Part shown: positions 37,096-46,458 of the stretch, piece by piece
Position numbering within the stretch: the stretch's first letter is position 1
Layout of the letters: every line of letters starts with the position of its first letter
Source: Planctomycetota bacterium
Lineage (GTDB): Bacteria > Planctomycetota > UBA8108 > UBA1146
DNA length: 50,271 bases
Reading direction: 5' to 3'
NCBI GenBank assembly: GCA_036338595.1
Contig: JAYZBV010000034.1
Coordinates: forward strand, 1 to 50,271
The notes under the pieces: model-generated
Told to the model about the DNA's origin: nothing
The model's input: only the letters and a program-made list of their open reading frames with translations
Database searches by the model: none
Translations under genes and position numbers: made by a program

Positions 37096-37847
37096 TTCCA
37101 ATTCGTGACAGCGAGCCCAGTGGCATCACCCCCTATGTGACGATCGGGCTGATGGTGCTGAATATCCTCGGATTCCTGCTTCAACTGAGCAGTGGTGACG
37201 ATCTCATCGACCGCTACGGCCTTCGCCCCGCCATCCTCGTCGGTTGGGTCGAAGGGGTGGATACGGTGACCGAGGCAGTGGATGCCTCCGATCGATTCGG
37301 AATCCAGCAACGCTCCTCCCGTGAGCACCAGATTTCCTTCTCGACTGCGATGCTTCCACTGTTCTTGTCGATGTTTCTCCATGCCGGGTTTCTCCACCTC
37401 ATCGGCAACATGTTGTTCCTGTGGATCTTTGGCGACAATGTCGAGGGGCGGCTGGGGCACCTGCGCTTTCTGCTCTTCTACATCATCTGCGGAGTCGCCG
37501 CATCGGCGATTCATACCCAGATGAATGTTGAATCGATGATCCCGACCATCGGTGCCAGTGGAGCGATTTTCGGAGTACTGGGTGCCTACTGGCTCTGCTT
37601 TCCCCACTCGTTGGTCACGGTCTTCTACTGGATCTTCATCCTGTTCGGCACCTTTCAGATGCGAGCCAGCTGGCTACTGGGCATCTATATCGGTCTCGAT
37701 ATCTTCAGGGGTCTCAACGATACCGGTGGCAACGTGGCGGTGTGGGCTCATATTGGCGGCTTCTTCGCCGGTCTCGGCCTGGTGATCCTGATGACCCCCG
37801 AATCTGCCCGAGGAAAACGCCCGACACGCTGGTCCGTCATTCGATAG
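37092..37847 (+). CDS. Rhomboid intramembrane serine protease
   Basis: SMFLHAG..H..GNM.FLWIFGDNVE, GASGA, AHIGGF. Confidence 0.95.
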   Translation: MIPIRDSEPSGITPYVTIGLMVLNILGFLLQLSSGDDLIDRYGLRPAILVGWVEGVDTVTEAVDASDRFGIQQRSSREHQISFSTAMLPLFLSMFLHAGFLHLIGNMLFLWIFGDNVEGRLGHLRFLLFYIICGVAASAIHTQMNVESMIPTIGASGAIFGVLGAYWLCFPHSLVTVFYWIFILFGTFQMRASWLLGIYIGLDIFRGLNDTGGNVAVWAHIGGFFAGLGLVILMTPESARGKRPTRWSVIR

Positions 37848-37857
37848 GAGATCTCTG

Positions 37858-38472
37858 TTGCAGCCGTGGCTCCCCTGGGTCGTGTTCCCGCTGGTCGGTG
37901 CTCTGATCGGCTGGGCCACCAACTGGTTGGCGGTGAAGATGCTGTTTCGCCCCCACCAGCCACTGGGGATCGGCCCCTTGAAAATTCAGGGTGTGGTTCC
38001 ACGTCGCCAGGAAGCACTCGCAGAGAGCATCGCAGAGACCGTTCAGGAGGAACTGATCTCTGCCGATGACATCGCTCAGCTGGTTCAAAAACTCGCCACC
38101 AGTGATGATGTCCGAACTCGACTCAAGGGTCGCATCGATCAGTTGATCGAGGAACAGATTCAAAGTTTCGGGCCGATGGTGGCAGCGTTCTTGCCCAACG
38201 AACTGGTCGATAAGATCCGCAACCGCATCGAGGTGGAGGTGTTCTCCTTTGTCGAGGAACTGGGAACCGATCTGCACGGCACACTCGGCGAGCAACTCGA
38301 TCTGAAGCAGAAGGTGCGCGATCGCATCCTCGCCTTCGAACTCGATCAGATGGAACGACTGGTACTGCGGGTTGCTCGCAAGGAATTGCGTCACATCGAG
38401 TTCCTCGGTGGCGTGCTTGGTTTCGTCGTCGGTCTGGTCGAGGCGGGATTGCTTTCATTGTGGAGTGGATGA
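37858..38472 (+). CDS. DUF445 family membrane protein
   Basis: GALIGW.TNWLAVKMLFRP, QG..P.R...LA, EL..IE..GG.LG..VG; TTG start after AGGAG. Confidence 0.9.
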   Translation: MQPWLPWVVFPLVGALIGWATNWLAVKMLFRPHQPLGIGPLKIQGVVPRRQEALAESIAETVQEELISADDIAQLVQKLATSDDVRTRLKGRIDQLIEEQIQSFGPMVAAFLPNELVDKIRNRIEVEVFSFVEELGTDLHGTLGEQLDLKQKVRDRILAFELDQMERLVLRVARKELRHIEFLGGVLGFVVGLVEAGLLSLWSG

Positions 38473-38886
38473 TCAGAAACTCTTGAACACCTTGGCGATG
38501 CCGGGGCCCTCGACGTGCATCTTGAACTCGTTGAAGTAGCCCCACGGGGTGTGATGGACCTGGAAGCCGACCGACACCAGTCGCTCCCCCACCTCCTCGA
38601 TGATGCTCCGCGACTCTTGCGGCTCGGCGGTCTGCTCCGCCAGATGCGCAAAGGAGTGCAACACCACCTGCTCCACCTCGACCTTGCGCGCGTGCCACTT
38701 GAGATTCTTGATCGCCTTTCTCACCGCTGTCACCCGATCATCGAGGTCGTGCGGTTCGACATGGATCCACGCCAGCACCGCACCGTCGGCAACGGTCGCT
38801 TCCTCCTGCCGCTCCTCTTCTGTCTCGAGGTTGCGACAGTGGGTGCGGTACCAGAAATCGCTCACATGGAGCATCAGCATCTTCAT
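38473..38886 (-). CDS. Stand-alone archaeal-type threonyl-tRNA synthetase editing domain protein
   Basis: From ATG 38886: MKMLMLH...F.Y, I.VE..D, VLHSFAHL, TPWGYF.EF...V.G...AKV. This parallels the archaeal ThrRS N-terminal editing domain (YPYAHL, PFGWYK.F). Confidence 0.8.
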   Translation of the reverse strand: MKMLMLHVSDFWYRTHCRNLETEEERQEEATVADGAVLAWIHVEPHDLDDRVTAVRKAIKNLKWHARKVEVEQVVLHSFAHLAEQTAEPQESRSIIEEVGERLVSVGFQVHHTPWGYFNEFKMHVEGPGIAKVFKSF

Positions 38887-39032
38887 GCCCGGATCTTGCC
38901 TCCGGAGGCATGCCCCGTCCATATCTGACCATTTCCTGACCGGATAGAGTTTGACCATCTCTGGCATTGTCACCCGGCGAACGATACTATGTGGATAGAT
39001 CCTGGCCACTTTGTCTCCCGGAAAGAGGATAT

Positions 39033-42000
39033 GTGCCTGGAGCCGCACCCCAACAGCTGCTCAATCACCGATACCGCCTCGATGTCCGCATTGGACGCGG
39101 TGGTATGGGAGATGTCTGGCGTGCCCACGATGAGGCGCGAGATGGTGCTCTGGTGGCGATCAAACTGATGCCGGAGGGGCTCGACGAGGTCGATCGGCGC
39201 CGCTTCGAACGGGAAGTTCGGGTGTTGCAGGAGATCACCCACCCCTCGGTGGTTCCGCTGCTCGATATCGGCTGGCAGGGAGACAGCCTCTTCTACGTCA
39301 TGGAATATGTCGGCCCCATCTCGCTCGAGGATGTTTTTCTCGCGCATCCGCAGGGCCTGCCCGAGGCACGATGGCCGTGGCTGATCGAACGCGCCGGCGA
39401 GGTGCTCGATGCACTGGCCCACCTGCATCAACAACGGCTCGTTCACCGCGATGTGAAGCCGAGTAACATCCTGCTGCGATTCGCAGCGGATGGCGCCTCG
39501 TCGGTGGACGACTGGGAACACCTCACCGCAGGCAGGGCGCTGCTCGCAGATCTCGGCCTGGTCGCCCGAACCGATGTCGATTCTGCGCTGACGCAGAGTG
39601 CCCTCGGCACTCCTCAGTACATGGCACCGGAGCAGATCGAGAGTCCCGCCTCCGTCGATGAACGCAGCGATCTCTGGTCGGTAGGGATCTTGCTCTACCG
39701 TGGCCTCGCCGGTCGGCTCCCCTTCCAGCGTCTCAGTGATGCACTGTCTCGAAGGGCACCGGAGCCGCTTCCCCGGATGAGTGTTGCGATGAAAGATGCG
39801 ATCTCGACCTTGATGGAGTTCGAGCCTCACCGGCGCCCACCTGACGCCAGCCATGCCGCAGCGTTACTTCGAAGCGCCATCTCGGACACACCCTCCGATG
39901 CCCCTTCGGTCGAGATCTCTCGCCGTTCGATGCCCACCTTCACCGGCCGGCAGAGCGCTCGTGATTCGATGCTGGAGGCCGCTCGCCTGGCCGCTCGCGG
40001 CGAGGGACGCTGGGTTCACATCGAGGGTGAACGAGGACACGGCAAGACATGGCTCGTCAGTCGCAGTGATTTCCGCTCGCGAGCGCTGGTCGAGGAGCAG
40101 TTGCAGCACTTCAACGGCACCTTCGACGGCAGGGAACCTCACTCCGGCTTTCGAGTGCTTCTGGAACAGGTGCTGGGACACATCGCCAGGAACAGCGGAA
40201 CCGAAGCTGCCAGCGAAGCGCTCGGGCGCTGGGGTGGACATCTGGCCGGGGCCTTTCCGAGACTGTGTGGCCACGGCTGGATCGAGGGCTGCGCCGTCGT
40301 CGATACGGCTTCACCTCCAGAGATCATCCAGGAACGCGTGCTCGAATCGGTGGTCCAGGTGCTCACCACCGATGCGGAGGTGGAACCGAGATGCCTTGTT
40401 CTCGAGGATCTCCACTACTGTGACGAGTTCGATATCGAGTTGCTTCGCCGGCTGACGATCGCCTCGCTCGATCTTCCGATTCTGGTCATCACCACTGCAC
40501 GCCCCATCGCTACCCAGAAACTGAAGCCACTGGCGAGGCTTCGTGCCGAGATCGAGGTGGAGGACCGTTTCTTGACGATTCCCGTGGGGCCTTTCGTCGC
40601 CGATGAAAGTTCCCAATTGCTGCGTTCGATGTTGATCCCCGATCTGCCTCTATCCGATGAACTCGCCGTGGCCCTGCAGCGCCAGAGTAACGGTGTTCCG
40701 TTGATCCTGGTCCAGTTGCTCGGGTCTCTCTGGAGTAGAGATTCGCTCGCGCCTGTGGATGGGGAATGGACCTCACAATCGGAATCACTGCGAGATCTGC
40801 CGGTTCCAGATGCGGCGCGCAGCCACTTCCTTCAACTTCTGGAAGAACTCACCGCTCAACAGCGCAGGGTGCTCGATGTGGCCTCGGTGATCTCCGGTTC
40901 CATCGACTTCGACATCCTGGTCGAAGCGTGTGGTATCGACGAGTTCGAACTCGATGGTCACGCCAGGGTGCTGGTTCGAAGTGGCACGCTCCAGGAGGAT
41001 CCGGGTGGCTTTCGCTGGGGTCATGGCTGGGAGAAAGAGATCGTCAACACCGAATTGACCCAGCCGATGCGCAGGCGCTTGAACCTGCGAGTCGGCCGAT
41101 TACTCGAGCAGCGCTATACCGAAGAGGATGCACCTGTGCAGGCGATCGCCGAGCATTTCTCACTCGGCGGAGACGAGCAGAAGGGGCGCGACTGGCTTCT
41201 CAAGGCTGCAGATCGTGCCGAGACGGCCTGGGCGCACGATCGTGCGCTGGAACTGTGCGAGCGTGCGCTGCACCTCTCGCACCAGAAAGAAGCCCAGAGA
41301 GAACTACTGGGGCGCATCGGCGATCTGCGTCTACGAACCGGCGATCCCGAAGGCGGACGAGAGGCCTACACCGAGGCGATGGGGTTGTGGACTGCTGTCG
41401 AGAGCCAGCTGCTCGCCGATGCAGGGCCAGCATCGGGTGCCGAACTGGGCCCCTACATCCTGCTGATCCATCGCATCGGTGAATCGCAGATGCACGCTGG
41501 AGAATACGATCAGGCTCTCGCCAATTTTAGAAAGGCACAATCGCTCGCAGAAGTGGCGAAACTCCCGGACCAGGTGGCGCTGTCCCTGTGTCGACAGGGT
41601 GCGGTGCACGCTTTCGCAGACGACATGGCCGCAGCCAGGGCTGCCTATGAATCTGCGACTTCGCTGTGCGAGACGGAACCGGATCTCGATCACCCGCATG
41701 TCGTCGCATTGATCGGTCTCTCCTCGCTGGATCGTCGAAACGGGCATCTGCAAGAAGCCCTTCAACTGTGTGATGCGGCATTGCCCGTGGCAGAACGGGT
41801 CAATAATCCGATGCAACTGGCAGGACTGCTGGGACAGCGAGGGACACTGTTTCAGAATCTCGGCCAGATCGAACACGCCATCGATGCCTACGAAAAATCC
41901 CGGGCACTTCGTGAGGAATGTGGGGATCGGCGGGGATTGGCCATCACTCTGATGAACCTGGGACGGATGCTGGTCAGCAGTGGCTCCGTCGAACGAGGCG

Positions 42001-42824
42001 AAGAGCAGCTGCAGAAAGCGCTCGAACTGTTCCGGGAGACGGGTGACCTGCAGGGTCGGGTGCTGACCCTGGGCAACCTCGGCAGCCTTCGATTCCACAG
42101 AGGGGACCACTCCTCGGCGCGTCAGATCCTCGAACAGTACCTGGAACTCTCGACGCTGCACGGTCTCAAGAGGCCTGAAGCCGATGCCAGGGTCAGTCTC
42201 GGCATGCTGGAACTGGAACGGCACCGCCCTGAACTGGCGAGTGAATTCCTCGACCAGGGGTTCGATGGGTTCCTGGCAGCAGGAGACCGACAGGGCGCAC
42301 TTCACGCCCAGGTCCAGCAGGCGCGAGCAGCGGGAAGAAATGGCGATGCGGCCGCAGCACTTCAGATCGCACAGACGACCCAGTTGGCGGCTGAGGCCTC
42401 GAAGGGGATGCCCCTGCTCATCGAATCGCTGCGCATCCAGGCGGAAGCACTGCGTGATCTTCAACAACTCGATGAAGCACTGGATAAGATCGAAAAATCG
42501 ATCGAGAACTGTACCGACCAGCGGCTCCCCTATGCAGAGGGATGCTGCTGGAGAACTCTGGGCAAAATTCAACGCGATCGTGGCTTCGAATGGGCCGATC
42601 GTTCCGGCGTGGCCTTCGAGAAAGCACTGAAACTGTTCGAAGCACACGGAGCTCGCCACGCGCTGGCAGTCACCCGGCGCGAGTTTGCCTCATTTCTGAT
42701 CGAGGTCGATGAGCCCGATCTTGCCAACGATCAGCTCGATCAGGCTCTCGTGACCTTTTCCGAGCTGGATTGCCCGGAAGAGACGCAGATGACGATGGCG
42801 ATTCGCGACAGTATTGCGAGATAG
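39033..42824 (+). CDS. Ser/Thr protein kinase - STAND-like (AAA_16) ATPase - TPR multidomain protein
   Basis: GRGGMG.V, VAIK, HRDVKPSN, DLG, GTPQYMAPEQ, SDLWS.G; Walker A GERGHGKT, Walker B LEDLH, G.PL; about 550 aa of TPR-like helices. Start inferred at GTG 39033. Confidence 0.92.
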   Translation: MPGAAPQQLLNHRYRLDVRIGRGGMGDVWRAHDEARDGALVAIKLMPEGLDEVDRRRFEREVRVLQEITHPSVVPLLDIGWQGDSLFYVMEYVGPISLEDVFLAHPQGLPEARWPWLIERAGEVLDALAHLHQQRLVHRDVKPSNILLRFAADGASSVDDWEHLTAGRALLADLGLVARTDVDSALTQSALGTPQYMAPEQIESPASVDERSDLWSVGILLYRGLAGRLPFQRLSDALSRRAPEPLPRMSVAMKDAISTLMEFEPHRRPPDASHAAALLRSAISDTPSDAPSVEISRRSMPTFTGRQSARDSMLEAARLAARGEGRWVHIEGERGHGKTWLVSRSDFRSRALVEEQLQHFNGTFDGREPHSGFRVLLEQVLGHIARNSGTEAASEALGRWGGHLAGAFPRLCGHGWIEGCAVVDTASPPEIIQERVLESVVQVLTTDAEVEPRCLVLEDLHYCDEFDIELLRRLTIASLDLPILVITTARPIATQKLKPLARLRAEIEVEDRFLTIPVGPFVADESSQLLRSMLIPDLPLSDELAVALQRQSNGVPLILVQLLGSLWSRDSLAPVDGEWTSQSESLRDLPVPDAARSHFLQLLEELTAQQRRVLDVASVISGSIDFDILVEACGIDEFELDGHARVLVRSGTLQEDPGGFRWGHGWEKEIVNTELTQPMRRRLNLRVGRLLEQRYTEEDAPVQAIAEHFSLGGDEQKGRDWLLKAADRAETAWAHDRALELCERALHLSHQKEAQRELLGRIGDLRLRTGDPEGGREAYTEAMGLWTAVESQLLADAGPASGAELGPYILLIHRIGESQMHAGEYDQALANFRKAQSLAEVAKLPDQVALSLCRQGAVHAFADDMAAARAAYESATSLCETEPDLDHPHVVALIGLSSLDRRNGHLQEALQLCDAALPVAERVNNPMQLAGLLGQRGTLFQNLGQIEHAIDAYEKSRALREECGDRRGLAITLMNLGRMLVSSGSVERGEEQLQKALELFRETGDLQGRVLTLGNLGSLRFHRGDHSSARQILEQYLELSTLHGLKRPEADARVSLGMLELERHRPELASEFLDQGFDGFLAAGDRQGALHAQVQQARAAGRNGDAAAALQIAQTTQLAAEASKGMPLLIESLRIQAEALRDLQQLDEALDKIEKSIENCTDQRLPYAEGCCWRTLGKIQRDRGFEWADRSGVAFEKALKLFEAHGARHALAVTRREFASFLIEVDEPDLANDQLDQALVTFSELDCPEETQMTMAIRDSIAR

Positions 42825-42835
42825 GGAGAACGACG

Positions 42836-44596
42836 ATGGAGAAACTGGACTACCGGGTCAGGGCGGTGCTTGCGCGCGTCAGGAGTACCCTCGACCGATT
42901 CAGCCTCAGGCTCGAGGTGGATTGGGACTACGATGTTCGTCAGGTCCTCGAGGAGATCCTGGCACTGGCAGTGGGAGAACTGGAGTTCGGGGATGGAGCC
43001 CCGATCGACCGTGCCCTGTTGATCACCCAGGATCCCCGCGGCGACCGCCTCGAGGCAGGAGCCGGCTGGAGTGCTCAGGAAGAGGATCTCACGTTCAGTC
43101 GCACCATCGTCGAGCAGACGATGCAGGGTGGCTCCCCGATCCTGTGCGAGGACGCCCTCGATGATCCACGATTCCGGTCATCAGAGAGCCTCAGAGGGAT
43201 CCAGGTGCTGACGCTGCTGTCGGTTCCTCTACGAGCTGTGGATGAAGTGATCGGAGCGCTCTACATCGAGCGAAGGGACGCGCGACACCTCTTCAATGAA
43301 AGGGATCAGGCCTTTGTCGAGGCGCTCGCCGAGACGATTGCCCCTGCGGTTCGTACCGCTCTGATCCACCAGGACCATGTCCGCGAGTTGCGCGAACTAC
43401 GCGCGAAGACGGAAGCCACTTCGCGCATGGGGAGAATCATCGGCCATTCCACCGCCATCGTAAAAACCCTGGATCTGGCTCGTACCGCCTCGGGTCTCGA
43501 TCGGACCGTTCTCATCACTGGAGAATCTGGCGTCGGCAAGGAACTGGTCGCTCGCGCCATTCATGATCAATCGCGGCGGTCACAGAAGCCCTTCGCAGTG
43601 GTGGATTGCTCGGGGCTGTCGGAGACCCTGCTCGAGAGTGAACTCTTCGGACATGTAAGAGGCTCCTTCACCGGAGCAATTGCGGACAAGGTAGGCGCCT
43701 TCGAGGCCGCCGAGGGAGGCACCGTCTTTCTCGACGAGATCAGCGATGCCACCGCTTCGATGCAGCAGTTGCTCCGCAGAGTCTTGCAGGAGGGAGAGAT
43801 CCGGCGCGTCGGTGACCGCCAGTGGAGAAAGGTCGATGTCAGGGTTCTCTGTGCCACCAATAGAGATCTTGCCGAGGAAGTCGAGAAGGGCAATTTTCTG
43901 CTCGATCTGTTCCATCGGATGCATGAATTCCCGTTGCGACTGCCTCCTCTTCGGGAGCGAAAGGAGGACATCCCGCTGCTCTCACAGCACTTCGTGGCGC
44001 TGTTCGGAGAAACCAAGAATCCCCCCATCACCGAAGTCACTCCCGAGGCACTGGCGATCCTCGCCGGTAGAGACTGGAGAGCCAACAATGTCCGGGAACT
44101 GCGAAATGTCATCCGGCTCAGCGTCGATCTGTCCAATGGGCCTCGTATCGACTCACAGGTGCTCGACCGGGTCTTCGATGTCCGGGGTGAGCCGGGAACC
44201 GAAACCGCAACAGATACCGGTCTCGAGTTCGCCTCGGGATCGTTATTGAAATTTGATCGCGCCGGTCTCTCCGACTTGATCCGATCGACTCCTGACGAAG
44301 CGTCCAAGGAAAAGCGCCCCTGGGCGCTGCTGCAGAAGGAGTTCGGGGGCACCTTGATCACGGAAACATTGAGACAGACGCGCTGGAAACTGCGACCCGC
44401 GGCACGGATTCTCGGCATCTCGCCGGTCAAATTGAGACAGGATTTCCGGGTCTGGGTCGAGCACCTGCTGGCAGAGCATCAGGGAGATCAGCAGCAGGTC
44501 GCATCTCGCCTCGACATGCCCGCTGACTTGTTGCGAAAGAAGATGGACGACCTCGGGATCGGGGAATCGACTGGCAATGATGGGGGCCGATCATGA
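42836..44596 (+). CDS. GAF-domain sigma54-dependent transcriptional activator
   Basis: GAF (DA..DPRF..S.S.....S..VPL); GESGVGKE, ESELFGH..GSFTGA, GGT.FLDEI, LRRVLQE, ATNRDL, PPLRER.EDI, NVREL.N; C-terminal HTH. Confidence 0.95.
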   Translation: MEKLDYRVRAVLARVRSTLDRFSLRLEVDWDYDVRQVLEEILALAVGELEFGDGAPIDRALLITQDPRGDRLEAGAGWSAQEEDLTFSRTIVEQTMQGGSPILCEDALDDPRFRSSESLRGIQVLTLLSVPLRAVDEVIGALYIERRDARHLFNERDQAFVEALAETIAPAVRTALIHQDHVRELRELRAKTEATSRMGRIIGHSTAIVKTLDLARTASGLDRTVLITGESGVGKELVARAIHDQSRRSQKPFAVVDCSGLSETLLESELFGHVRGSFTGAIADKVGAFEAAEGGTVFLDEISDATASMQQLLRRVLQEGEIRRVGDRQWRKVDVRVLCATNRDLAEEVEKGNFLLDLFHRMHEFPLRLPPLRERKEDIPLLSQHFVALFGETKNPPITEVTPEALAILAGRDWRANNVRELRNVIRLSVDLSNGPRIDSQVLDRVFDVRGEPGTETATDTGLEFASGSLLKFDRAGLSDLIRSTPDEASKEKRPWALLQKEFGGTLITETLRQTRWKLRPAARILGISPVKLRQDFRVWVEHLLAEHQGDQQQVASRLDMPADLLRKKMDDLGIGESTGNDGGRS

Positions 44597-44886
44597 AGGT
44601 CGGCATCATCAAAGCCGACCTGCAGGTTCCCGGCTCCAGATCACTCAAGGAGAAGCGCCATGTCCTGCGCAGCTTGAAGGATCGATTGCGATCTCGCTTC
44701 GAGGTCTCCGTGGCCGAGGTGGATTCTCAGGACATGCTGCAACGAATGGTGATCGGAGTGTCGTTTGTCGCATCGGACGGAAAGAACGCAGAGTCCCGCA
44801 TGCAACAGATCGTCGATTTCATCGAGGGCTTCACCGGGTCGATGGTCATCCGGATCGAGCGTGAGATCCTGAACGAGAATCCCTAG
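44593..44886 (+). CDS. DUF503 (YlxP-like) protein
   Basis: SLKEKR.V..SL...L...F.VSVAEV..QD; ATGA overlap with the activator stop. Confidence 0.92.
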   Translation: MKVGIIKADLQVPGSRSLKEKRHVLRSLKDRLRSRFEVSVAEVDSQDMLQRMVIGVSFVASDGKNAESRMQQIVDFIEGFTGSMVIRIEREILNENP

Positions 44887-44938
44887 TACCCCGGCACAAC
44901 GGGGCGTACCGTTATCCTGGAAGCTACAGGAGGACCAC

Positions 44939-46450
44939 TTGAAGATCGAAGCACTCGGACATTCCGCCTTCATCGCCACCATCGACCGGGAGGACAAAAC
45001 GCCCTACCGGCTGCTGGCAGATCCGTGGCTCGATGATCACGTCATCGGTGATGTGGGCGGTCGGTTCCCCAGGATTCGCGCTGACTGGTCCAAACTGGGC
45101 CCCATCGATGGCATCTGGATTTCCCATTCGCACACCGATCACCTGTGCCCCTACTCGCTGCTGCAACTGCATCGAGAACTCGAGGGAAATCCAAGGCTGC
45201 TGATTCCGACCAGCCTCAGGTACCTGAAGTCGATCCTGACCGAGTTCTTGCCCGAATGGCCGATCACCGTACTCGAACAGGATTCCACCGTGGACCTGGG
45301 GGGGATCGATGCGCGTGCGTTCTTCAATGTTCGTGAAGATGCCACGAATGAAGACGACTGCATGATCTTGCTGCTCGATAACGGTCAAGATGCCCTCCTT
45401 TCGGAGGCCGATGCCGTGCTGCCGATGGAGGACCCTGCCGTCAGGGAGATGGTCGGCGAGTTGCTCCTGGAGGCGGGTCCGAGGCAAAGGATCTTTCTCA
45501 CCACTCGTAACGAACTGGAAGCGACGATGGCAAGTGTCGATGCTCCAGATCAGGAGACCCGGCAGCAAGTGGTGGCGCATCAGCGAGGTGTATCGGCACA
45601 ACTGGCACAGGAGGAGATCGTTCCCAACGGCGCCACGTCCTGCCCCTGGCAGGCACAAGGCACGGTTCGCATCATCATCGGACAGGGGATCTCGCTGCCC
45701 CACGAGGTTGTCGGCTGCTGGAATCGTGTACTGTTTCCGGTGCGACTCGAAGACCGGGCACGGATCGAGCGAGACGCAGTGGTTCGAGAAAACCTGCCGC
45801 TCCAGGTGATGGCACTCCACGGAGGTGAATCGGTCAGCGTCGATTCGGGAGTCGCCGGCGCCGTGACACCCGTCCAGGGCCTGGAAGTTCTCGATCAGGA
45901 GTCACAACGCCACTTCGACCCCGAAACCGAGATCGTCGCCGATTTCCCCGTCGCTCCTCTGAGAGATGAACAACGCGATGCCACCACTCAACACCAGCAG
46001 ATCCTGCACTTCCTTCAGCAGCGATATCTGCCCTACCTGATCGGTCAGCGAAAGCCGCCGATCGAGCACCGACTCTCTGAATACGGGGGCCAGTATCGCG
46101 TGCGTATCCGATACGGCACCACGGACTCCTGGAGTCCGAGGGATTACCTGATCCGATTCTCCGCCTTGCGCTTCGAGGAGCAGCCGGTCGACGGCGATGC
46201 GGATGTTCAGGAGGAATACTGGGCCAATGACCTGGATGATTACTTCCAGGGTACAGCGGACGACTTCTCGACCTTCTGTCGTAGTTTCCCGGGCGGAAGT
46301 AGTCATGAGTTCTGGGATTGTCTCGGTATGCCGTATCTCAACGACGATCTGGTCGCCAGAAAGATCAGATTACACTTCGAACGTGCACTGAGCGGCGAGA
46401 GCGCTGCCGCATTCGTCCTACCACTGTGGGATTTTGCCCGCCAGGTTTGA
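44939..46450 (+). CDS. Metallo-beta-lactamase-fold protein with a long C-terminal extension
   Basis: LGHSAF, L.DPWL, ISHSHTDH (HxHxDH); TTG start after AGGAGG. Confidence 0.8.
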   Translation: MKIEALGHSAFIATIDREDKTPYRLLADPWLDDHVIGDVGGRFPRIRADWSKLGPIDGIWISHSHTDHLCPYSLLQLHRELEGNPRLLIPTSLRYLKSILTEFLPEWPITVLEQDSTVDLGGIDARAFFNVREDATNEDDCMILLLDNGQDALLSEADAVLPMEDPAVREMVGELLLEAGPRQRIFLTTRNELEATMASVDAPDQETRQQVVAHQRGVSAQLAQEEIVPNGATSCPWQAQGTVRIIIGQGISLPHEVVGCWNRVLFPVRLEDRARIERDAVVRENLPLQVMALHGGESVSVDSGVAGAVTPVQGLEVLDQESQRHFDPETEIVADFPVAPLRDEQRDATTQHQQILHFLQQRYLPYLIGQRKPPIEHRLSEYGGQYRVRIRYGTTDSWSPRDYLIRFSALRFEEQPVDGDADVQEEYWANDLDDYFQGTADDFSTFCRSFPGGSSHEFWDCLGMPYLNDDLVARKIRLHFERALSGESAAAFVLPLWDFARQV

Positions 46451-46458
46451 AACGAGCC

